A DNA stretch of 64,000 nucleotides from Tubiluchus corallicola. Lineage: Eukaryota > Animalia > Priapulida. Positions 14,231 through 64,000 of the stretch are shown here, piece by piece. Location: the NCBI GenBank assembly GCA_030141605.1, contig JAQGDQ010000895.1, forward strand, positions 1 to 64,000. The letters run 5' to 3'. Each line of letters opens with the position of its first letter. The stretch's first letter is position 1. Position numbers and translations under genes: made by a program. A model generated the notes under the pieces. It was not told the origin of the DNA. It saw only the letters and a list, made by a program, of their open reading frames with translations, and made no database searches.

Positions 14231-15611
14231 AATTAATTGACTTTTTCCCGTGAATTTTTCTCGTAACTTTATTACGCGTCACGTATTTATCTACTTGGCC
14301 GGTATCTTGCGTACTTTTGCAAACAAAACGCCTCTCTCAACAACAGGTAGCATTTAAAACAAAATTAAAATCACTAATATTAACCAGATATGAAATACCA
14401 TCACACCAGTACGACAACATACACACTAATTCAGAATTCATATTCCCACTGCCATATTAATTAAATCATAGTCTTTTTTCATTTTTTTGTGCATAGTTGT
14501 AAATATGTTTGATTTTATTCGTCGTTACTTTCCATTACTGCACAGTAGTTTAGATTGCACTGACGCATTTGCATTTAGCAGTGTAAGTTTTTATTAACTA
14601 ACACTGATTGATCATCTCTGTAAAGTTTTTATCAGTGATTATCAATGTATTTTAATGGCAAATAAAGATTATTATATATATAGTAGTATAAATGTAAAAA
14701 CGACGCTGCTCAATTGCACGGTAATTACACGCGCCAAAAGACTCGTTTTGTAAGACGATAAAAGGGATACGTTTCCCCCTGTGATCTCCCTGAAGCATTA
14801 ATCTTCTCTGTGTTACTGTTACTTAGTCCGTGACATTTCGTAACAGTTTCTGTTACACTGATATTTCAGGCGACATCAAATGTCAAACGCTGCTGTTCTT
14901 ACCTGTAGCTTGCGTCATACATACAGCTTACCGTGCTAATCAAAGCTCAAGTTATCCATTTTCTCAACACGTTATCGTCTTGAGAAAATTTCTCGCAACA
15001 TTCCTCAAATCCAAAAACGAATCTGCGTGGACAGATCTAACCTTTTTAGTAGTGTAAATGTTTTGTTTTGTTTTTCAATATAATTTTTGCTATATTATCA
15101 TTGCAATAATTTTATACAATTTATACAATTAAAATCAACTTATAACACTGTATTGAATTAGTCTATCATGAAAGTTGACCTCAGTTCTCCTTTTTTAACA
15201 TCTATATTGCATCAGTCTTTAAGATTAATGTGCACATCTTTATATAGTACTTCTATATCTTTATATAGTACTTGTATATCTTTATATAGTACTTGTAAGT
15301 TTAGGTTTTGTTTGTGTGTATGGGAATATGAATATACACCGTATGAAGTCATATTAGTAACCAGTGGGGATTTGAACTCGAGACCTCTGGGACTAGTTGT
15401 ACCAGATGAACTACCAGGCAACATGACAGATCAGGCCCGAGGTGGCTAGAAATTGGTGTGAAATAACTGCATTGATTTATAACCTGCTGATTCACAGTCG
15501 TAATCTAATTAATGATGTCGTTAATTGCCAGCTAATTAGAAAAACTTTCATCAAACTCCTCGGCTAGATTAAAACTGACAAAATATGATATACTTTTTAA
15601 TATACCTACTG

Positions 15612-15708
15612 TTGTCGAACTAAATGGATGTAAATCCAATACACTTCCAATTAAACATGGTGTTCCCCAAGGTTCTACTCTAGGAAGACTTTTATTTCTT
15701 TTATATAT
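15612..15708 (+). mobile_element. LINE reverse-transcriptase fragment
   Basis: Reads VELNGCKSNTLPIKHGVPQGSTLGRLLFLLYI, matching the GVPQGSxLGPLLF RT motif of CR1/L2-type LINEs. Confidence 0.85.
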
Positions 15709-15741
15709 AGTGTATATGTATATAGAGTGGCTCTCGTTACT

Positions 15742-16080
15742 TGTTGTGGAGATCGCTGGCATCTATTAGAATTAAATAGAACATTGTAGAATGTTCCTTT
15801 AGAATAATCGTCTTACCGTGTAGAATGTTCTAGAAAGAAACGTCTAAAATGTCCCCTGGCACCCTATATAAGGCGAAGCAGGCCGCTGAGACACACACAC
15901 ACAGATTCACACGGACGTCACTTACACATTCTCTTGTATACTTGCATTTTCAGATACACTCAAACGTTTTCCAGATTTTCACGTTTAGTGTAATCATACT
16001 TTTGTGTTGTAGAATTCTCGCTTAGTAAACTAGTTTAATCTGATAACGGCAGGCTTTAGTAGCAATTGGTAACAATATTG
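15742..16080 (+). mobile_element. Possible solo-LTR remnant
   Basis: Starts TGTTGTG and has TAGAATGTTC repeats, a TATATAAG box and a downstream AGTAAA. No TSD found. Confidence 0.3.
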
Positions 16081-17355
16081 CCTATATATGGTCTTACTTT
16101 TTCTCCTACATTTCTTCTACCCCATTTCCCCCCTCCCTTACCACCCAAGTCAGCCAGCTTTCACAGCAGCCACACATTCACAATGCCATAAATACGGCTT
16201 TGCATTGGGCAATTGTGGGTCTGTCAAATCATATATAGGCCAGTAAGATAAGCCGTTTATTGTTGACGCAAACTATGTGGTGTTGCTGTCGATTTAAACC
16301 CCCCATAAAACGGAAACCACGTCTGAGTGGATTTTTAATACCTTTGTACATTTTTGGTGTCTTTTATTGCTAAACTTTATTGTAAACATTGAGGGGAGGG
16401 GGGAAGTATTGTGTTGAGGATGCGTTGTAACAAAAACTGACGGTTAACCCAATTCCGGCCATAGTTGTACGCTAATTTCGTTATGATTGAGTTAGCCAAT
16501 GTGTCTGTAGCGTATAATTACATTAGCGTCTCGTAAATTGTAGTGATTTCCTCTCATCAGCAACAATTGCATCAGCATCCTCTCATTAACAATTGCTGTT
16601 GTTTCGTTTACGTGGAGCTTTTTCACCATTTTTGTTGCGTGTTTAATGTTTTCCGGAAAGAATAATGGTCAATAGCCTATACTGGTAGTTCATGTTGAGT
16701 TCTGAGTATACTCATCTAGTACATCATTAGAGGTTGCCTAGATGGCAATTAAAGTTGTACTGCCTGGTATGTGCAATACTGATTGCTGTAGATGGCGCAA
16801 CCGGCTTTGTAATGTGCAAACACTTTTTTGTGATAGAGTGTGTAAAAACACTTAGCGTCACTGAACTTCAAAAAACTGTCACATTTGTAACTTTCAATAA
16901 CAAAGCTTTGACATCCATCCCGAATAACATCTAAATGTGCTTCTTTAGGCACGTCCCACATCATAATATACGCAGCTGGAGCAAAATAAAATGTCGTTTT
17001 ACAGAAGTTTTTCGAGAAAGTAATCAGACTGTCTTGTTAGCTAGCAATTTTGATTGTGTTGTGTTAGAGTTGTGTTACTGTCAAGGGTGTTACCTTTTCT
17101 TGAAGCCTTAGTTGAAATTTTTGAAGTTTTCTCCGTAGTTAACGTGTGCATTACGACCGCTCGCTGGTTTATTTGACAGTTTATTATCTTTCCTGCTGGC
17201 CCTCGGCAAGCGTTGCTTAAATAAAACCGAGTTGAATCAAAGTTCACTGTCTCCGAACATCATGATTGATGTGTCTGGGATTTAATAACTTGAATATTGT
17301 TGAATTAAATGCAGTTAAATAAATACGTCAGCTTTATAAATAGCGCAGTTACGTG

Positions 17356-18200
17356 TGTGAAGTGTCAAGTCAGTGAAGTCTTGAAGTGTCGAGTCAGTGA
17401 AGTCTTGAAGTGTTGAGTCAGTGAAGTCTACAGTAGTTTGTTGTACGAGTGAAGTGTCGAGTCAGTGAAGTCTTGAAGTGTCAAGTCAGTGAAGTTTACA
17501 GCAGTTTGTTGTACGAGTGAAGTGTCGAGTCAGTGAAGTCTTGAAGTGTCAAGTCAGTGAAGTCTTGAAGTATCGAGTCAGTGAAGTCTTGAAGTGTCCA
17601 GTCAGTGAAGTCTACAGCAGTTTGTTGTACGAGTGAACTGTCTAGTCAGTGAAGTCTTGAAGTGTCGAGTCAGTGAAGTCTACAGCAGTTTGTTGTAAGA
17701 GTGAACTGTCTAGTCAGTGAAGTCTTGAAGTGTCGAGTCAGTGAAGTCTACAGCAGTTTGTTGTAAGAGTGAACTGTCTAGTCAGTGAAGTCTTGAAGTG
17801 TCGAGTCAGTGAAGTCTTGAAGTGTCAAGTCAGTGAAGTACAGCAGTTTGTTGTACGAGTGAAGTGTCGAGTCAGTGAAGTCTTGAAGTGTCGAGTCAGT
17901 GAAGTCTTGAAGTGTCGAGTCAGTGAAGTCTTGAAGTGTCGAGTCAGTGAAGTCTACAGCAGTTTGTTGTACGAGTGAAGTGTCGAGTCAGTGAAGTCTT
18001 GAAGTGTCAAGTCAGTGAAGTCTACAGCAGTTTGTTGTACGAGTGAAGTGTCGAGTCAGCGAAGTCTTGAAGTGTCGAGTCAGTGAAGTCTTGTAGTGTC
18101 GAGTCAGTGAAGTCTACAGCAGTTTGTTGTACGAGTGAAGTGTCGAGTCAGTAAAGTCTTGAAGTGTCGACTCAGTGAAGTCAGCAGCAATTTGTTGTAA
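17356..18200. repeat. Minisatellite of interleaved 24-bp and 44-bp units
   Basis: GTCAGTGAAGTCTTGAAGTGTCGA and GTCAGTGAAGTCTACAGCAGTTTGTTGTACGAGTGAAGTGTCGA. Confidence 0.96.
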
Positions 18201-18730
18201 CGAGCAGCAAAGAAATGAGGTCGTACAATTAGTTTAAGTTGACAGGCAAAAAATCAACTAATGTTCAATTTGGAAAGACCTCCGGCTGTTCTCTGCACAA
18301 TTGTGAAATACGATGCTCAATGTACGGGAATAATTACAGGTAACCTACTTTTTACCTGTCAGGTGACGTAAAGACGAGCACCATTGCATCATCCTTCAGT
18401 TAATACAAATATAGCACTAAACCAAAAGTGATCTGTTTAATTAACTCACCCAGGCTGACATAATGAGCCAATATATCACAAGACGTTACAGTTTTGTACT
18501 TTATATCACTAATAAATCCTGCATTCTTTATACATTATTCATTTCAAAAACTTTATGACGGTAAATTTGTGCCGCTGCTGCTTCAAGGTGGACGGTATTT
18601 TCAGCTGCAAATCTTATTTACGACGAGGTGGGGAGGCAGGCTGGCCAGCGGTTTGTCCTTGGAGGCTGTGGTAACGTGTCTTTGTTGTTCGCCGCAGTTT
18701 CCTGAATTTATTAGCAAAATGTTACAAGGT

Positions 18731-20305
18731 TACAGTGTAGTGTGAGCTGTGTGATGGGGCCAATTTCCAATGTCTGTTAGTCATACGACACTGTACAGTG
18801 TAGTGTTAGCTGTGCCAATGTCTGTTAGTCATACGAGACTGTACAGTGTAGTGTGAGCTGTGTGATGGGGCCAATTTCCAATGTCTGTTAGTCATACGAC
18901 ACTGTACAGTGTAGTGTTAGCTGTGCCAATGTCTGTTAGTCATACGAGACTGTACAGTGTAGTGTGAGCTGTGTGATGGGGCCAATTTCCAATGTCTGTT
19001 AGTCATACGACACTGTACAGTGTAGTGTTAGCTGTGTGATGGGGCCAATTTCCAATGTCTGTTAGTCATACGACACTGTACAGTGTAGTGTTAGCTGTGC
19101 CAATGTCTGTTAGTCATACGAGACTGTACAGTGTAGTGTGAGCTGTGTGATGGGGCCAATTTCCAATGTCTGTTAGTCATACGAGACTGTACAGTGTAGT
19201 GTGAGCTGTGTGATGGGGCCAATTTCCAATGTCTGTTAGTCATACGACACTGTACAGTGTAGTGTGAGCTGTGTGATGGGGCCAATTTCCAATGTCTGTT
19301 AGTCATACGACACTGTACAGTGTAGTGTGAGCTGTGTGATGGGGCCAATTTCCAATGTCTGTTAGTCATACGAGACTGTACAGTGTAGTGTGAGCTGTGT
19401 GATGGGGCCAATTTCCAATGTCTGTTAGTCATACGAGACTGTACAGTGTAGTGTGAGCTGTGTGATGGGGCCAATTTCCAATGTCTGTTAGTCATACGAG
19501 CCTGTACAGTGTAGTGTGAGCTGTGCCAATGTCTGTTAGTCATACGAGACTGTACAGTGTAGTGTGAGCTGTGCCAATGTCTGTTAGTCATACGGAGACT
19601 GTACAGTGTAGTATGAGCTGTGTGATGGGGCCAATTTCCAATGTCTGTTAGTCATACGGAGACTGTACAGTGTAGTGTGAGCTGTGTGATGGGGCCAATT
19701 TCCAATGTCTGTTAGTCATACGACACTGTACAGTGTACTGTGAGCTGTGTGATGGGGCCAATTTCCAATGTCTGTTAGTCATACGACACTGTACAGTGTA
19801 GTGTGAGCTGTGTGATGAGGCCAATTTCCAATGTCTGTTAGTCATACGAGACTGTACAGTGTAGTGTGAGCTGTGCCAATGTCTGTTAGTCATACGACAC
19901 TGTACAGTGTAGTGTGAGCTGTGTGATGGGGCCAATTTCCAATGTCTGTTAGTCATACGAGACTGTACAGTGTAGTGTGAGCTGTGTGATGGGGCCAATT
20001 TCCAATGTCTGTTAGTCATACGACACTGTACAGTGTAGTGTGAGCTGTGTGATGGGGCCAATTTCCAATGTCTGTTAGTCATACGGAGACTGTACAGTGT
20101 AGTGTGAGCTGTGCCAATGTCTGTTAGTCATACGAGACTGTACAGTGTAGTGTGAGCTGTGTGATGGGGCCAATTTCCAATGTCTGTTAGTCATACGACA
20201 CTGTACAGTGTAGTGTGAGCTGTGTGATGGGGCCAATTTCCAATGTCTGTTAGTCATACGACACTGTACAGTGTAGTGTGAGCTGTGTGATGGGGCCAAT
20301 TTCCA
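18731..20305. repeat. 63-bp minisatellite with 45-bp deletion variant
   Basis: CTGTACAGTGTAGTGTGAGCTGTGTGATGGGGCCAATTTCCAATGTCTGTTAGTCATACGACA; some units lack 18 bp. Confidence 0.98.
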
Positions 20306-20309
20306 AACG

Positions 20310-20597
20310 ATTTAGTCTAGTGATAACGCCTCTGCTTTCCGTCTCGGAGGTCGTGAGTTCGATGGAGCGGCCGGCTCATATCAAAGACTTTAAAAGTGGT
20401 AGCTGCTGTTGGCCTGCCTGACGCGTTGCATTAAGATTAAAAGTGGGGTAATAGTTGTAGGTTTGTTATTTATAGTCGGCTAAATGTTAATTGTTCAACT
20501 AAAAGCCAACTATATATAAAGATTATTAAATTATCATTAGTATTGTTGTTGTTGTTGTTATTGCTGTTGCTGCTGCTGCTGCTGTTGCTGTTGCTGC

Positions 20598-20647
<50 letters not shown>

Positions 20648-20740
20648 TTGCTGCTGCTGTTGCTGTTACTATTACTATTACTATTACTATTACTATTACT
20701 ATTACTATTACTATTATTATTACTATTATTATTATTATTG
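20310..20740 (+). mobile_element. tRNA-derived SINE with expanded compound trinucleotide tail
   Basis: A-box-like TCTAGTGATAA, B-box GAGTTCGAT and core CAAAGACTTTAAAAGTGGTAGCTGCTG, then a (TTG)(CTG)(CTA)(TTA) tail. Same family as 22218 and 41960. Confidence 0.85.
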
Positions 20741-21199
20741 TGCTGTCACTAATCGCAATGGTGTCTTATTTGTAAAAAAGACATTTTCATAAGCAAAACT
20801 ATTTGTGTGACCGTAGACACTAAGTTACCCGGATTTCCGGAGAAAAACGCATTTAACCGAACATTTCTTACTTTCTGTGATTTTTTGTATCCGTGCTATA
20901 GATTGCTAAATCATGCAGAATAATGACTAGTTAGTGGTCTTGTAACCCTGGGCTAGAAGGGATGTCAGCGCTACGTCACAAGGCCAAAGTAAATAGGTAC
21001 CTTTATAGGTTAATAATTACCTGGGTTGGTGACTATTATGCCGTAAACTTTCACGGTTAAAGGACAAGAAATGGGAAGGACAAGAAAAGGGGTGCCTGAT
21101 GTAGATTTCAGAAAAATTGCCTAAAAATGATATTACTTGACAACGTATATCTTACTCGCGTTGAAAGGATTTTTTGTTTGTTTTCATTTTAAATCTCCC

Positions 21200-21760
21200 G
21201 CAATACTGTTCAGACGGCGCCATTACATGACGTCATATACGCACAACGTAAATCAGGGAAGAGAAGAAAAGAAAGTGCTAAACTGCGTTACAAAAAACTT
21301 TCCATGCATTTCGCTTACCTGCTTGAAAGACCTGAGTAACTTAGAAAGAAAATCATTAATTATTTAAAATGTTTTCACCAATTGGTAAAATCTCGTTGAC
21401 TCACCTCCAGGGTGCACCACTCACCAACCAAAAAAACGTATTTCAATCTCATTGATAAGCTACAGTAATTTAAAATTTTACTTAGTTATTGTATGCGCTA
21501 CGAATACTCTGATTATTTTTCAAACTTGTTTAAAATGTTATCTAAACTTGTTTTAAGTGACTTATCGTCAAAATGGCTGCGTCTGGCGGTCATCGCGCGA
21601 GTTTAGCTTTACAAATTTTTTATACAGCATTACTACCGACGCTAGTCCTGTATACAAAAGCGTAGTGTGTAAGTGTCATAAACTCTCAAGACGAATTTTT
21701 ATAGCTTTCTGTAAGCGGAAGCTATTCTTGATACTGCTAGTTATTGTTGTTAACTTTTTC
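21200..21760 (+). mobile_element. Dispersed repeat, unclassified (copy 1)
   Basis: About 550 bp similar to 52570-53115 (CATGACGTCATAT...CTCCAGGGTGC...GTCAAAATGG). Confidence 0.8.
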
Positions 21761-22217
21761 GCCCGTGTTTACCAATCCAATGAACGTCCCTTTTGCTTGG
21801 ATCAGTTCGCCAGCGAGCCATCTGTATTTATAGTGTGTAGGTACCGGTCTTGCTGACCCTGTCCAACAGCAGAATTGATAAGAATCGTACACCTGAGTAT
21901 CCGTGTGCCATAGCCACAGTACAGTAATTATAAGTGACTAGACAAATTACTACACTGTGCCGTGTAATTATAACCCTAGGTGAGCTGACATTGACAACTT
22001 GATGATAGCAAGACTTTGTAAAGTTAAGAACAATTGCCAGGAAATGTTTATATTGTCCTAGATGTATATATATTAGCAATATGGAAATGTAAGTGTCGCA
22101 ACAGATACCTTTGTGGGGCATCTCCTGTTTATCCTTGTTCATTAAGTATGTGAGTTTACCTTTAAAAATACTGTTAACTGTTATATCCTTGCAAATAGAG
22201 GGCGCATGTATACGCCA

Positions 22218-22473
22218 GAGGGTTTGTTCTAGTGGTAACGCGTTTGCTTTCCGTCTAGAAGGTCGTGAGTTCGATACAGGCCGGGTTATAAAGAGTTTAA
22301 AAATGGTACCTGCTGTTGCCCTGCCTGACGTGTGGCATTTAGGGTAAAAGTGGGGTAATAATAGTCTATAACGTAAGGGTAGGTTGTTGTTTATAGCCTT
22401 CCCTCTGTGGAGCTAATGTTAATTGTCGATCCAAAAAGCCGACTTTAAATAAAAGTTGTTGTTGTTGTTGTTG

Positions 22474-22510
<37 letters not shown>
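22218..22510 (+). mobile_element. tRNA-derived SINE (same family)
   Basis: TCTAGTGGTAACGCG...GGTCGTGAGTTCGAT...TTTAAAAATGGTACCTGCTG...AATAAAA(GTT)n(ATT)n; ends about 110 nt before an FNDC3 acceptor. Confidence 0.85.
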
Positions 22511-22511
<1 letters not shown>

Positions 22512-22622
22512 TTTGTGATCATGACTGCGCATGTTTATATGCTCAAAATAGAGTTATTATAATAATTACATTGTTCTGACAACAGCTGTGAAATGTGTTA
22601 ATGAATTTCTGCTCTTTGCTAG

Positions 22623-62742
<40,120 letters not shown>

Positions 62743-62802
62743 GTGAGTGCAAAGTTGAATCAAAAGTATGACAGTGAAAAATATTAAGCAAGAAGAACTT
62801 CA

Positions 62803-63452
62803 TTCAGCCATACATCCAAGGGTTGCCATCACTCCTGATTTGGCCCGGAATCTCCTGAAATTCAGCCATACATCCAAGGGTTACCATCACTCCTGATCTG
62901 GCTCGCAGTCTCCTGAAATTCAGCCATACATCCAAGGGTTACCATCACTCCTGATCTGGCTCGCAGTCTCCTGAAATTTAGCCATACATCCAAGGGTTAC
63001 CATCACTCCTGATTTGGCCCAGAGTCTCCTGAAATTCAGCCATACATCCAAGGGTTGCCATCACTCCTGATTTGGCCCGGAGTCTCCTGAAATTCAGCCA
63101 TATATCCAAGGGTTACCACCACTCCTGATTTGGCCTGGAGTCTCCTGAAATTCAGCCATATATCCAAGGGTTACCACCACTCCTGATTTGGCTCAGAGTC
63201 TCATGAAATTCAGCCATACATTCAAGGGTTACCATCACTCCTGATGTGGCTCAGAGTCTCATGAAATTCAGCCATACATCCAAGGGTTGCCACCACTCCT
63301 GGTTTGGCCTGGAGTCTCCTGAAATTCAGCCATATATCCAAGGGTTGCCACCACTCCTGATTTGGCCTGGAATCTCCTGAAATTCAGCCATACATCCAAG
63401 GGTTGCCACCACTCCTGATTTGGCTCTCAGTCTCTCGAAATTCAGCCATACA
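62803..63452. repeat. 59-bp tandem repeat x~11 containing a hAT-type terminus
   Basis: CAGCCATACATCCAAGGGTTGCCATCACTCCTGATTTGGCCCGGAATCTCCTGAAATT; a matching opposite end GCAACCCTA lies at about 63954-63962. Confidence 0.9.
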
Positions 63453-64000
63453 TTGGTAATTCGGTCAAATTTTTGAAAAACTTCATAAAATCTCCTAATT
63501 TTAACCATCTCATTGAAATTTAAGTGAAAAAATGAAATTACAACTTGGCAAAACATTAACACAGAAAACACCTGAGTTTCTGTTAATTAACATAACAGTG
63601 AACTCATTAAATTAACGTTAATTGGTTGTATGGCTTCATCATTTCACCCCTTTCTTTCTGTCAGTTTTTGCTGCAAAGCAAGTTTTCTTGCACTTTAGCT
63701 TTAATTCACATCACATAAAGTGCTTAATAATTTGATTGCTCGAACCCGTCTCCAGAAACCTCAGAAAAATTTCACCAGGAAGAAAGTTTTGATACTTTTT
63801 TGGAGTCTGGTCTCTACTTTCTGAAAAAGACTTCGTAAAACATCTATAATGCATAAAATGCTTAGTTTCCGTGGCTCCGTCCCTGGCCCCCCTGGGAGGG
63901 CTTACCCGCCTTCTAGTTTGCTCTTGACTCTTGACTCCGGTTCATGGCGGAATGCAACCCTAGCAAGCCATCACATTACACATAGACTTCATAAAACATC

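Noticed and set aside
16734-16934. ORF with signal-peptide-like start and LTSIPNNI (LRR-like) end
   Set aside because: Non-ATG start, only 66 aa, stop right after the motif, and no splice sites linking it to anything.
19091-20752. MTNRHWKLAPSHSSHYTVQ repeat ORFs and poly-Leu ORF
   Set aside because: The 63/45-bp units are multiples of three but the array is broken by single-base insertions; poly-Leu is a SINE trinucleotide tail.

Overview
AT-rich animal genomic DNA, not prokaryotic. CpG is not obviously depleted and the SINE cores resemble those of marine invertebrates, so an invertebrate, possibly lophotrochozoan, origin is inferred. The main feature is a + strand, multi-exon FNDC3A/B (Drosophila mtgo)-type gene. 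Eleven GT-AG exons (22623..62742) splice by hand into an uninterrupted 1454-nt frame: Pro/His-rich N-terminus, basic helix, then fibronectin type III repeats. The gene continues past the window end and its 5'-most exon was not identified. Introns and upstream DNA are packed with non-autonomous DNA transposons (Kolobok-, piggyBac-, hAT-, Harbinger- and Helitron-like, several with visible TIRs/TSDs), tRNA-derived SINEs, LINE remnants and over 25 tandem arrays, several inside or abutting mobile elements. Almost all supplied ORFs are repeat artefacts. No CRISPR array or clearly new molecular system is supported. The best leads are a candidate internal first exon giving a truncated FNDC3 isoform, inverted repeat pairs bracketing exons or the 20-kb intron, and MITE-borne satellites. 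Coordinates were read by eye; repeat boundaries and copy numbers are approximate.
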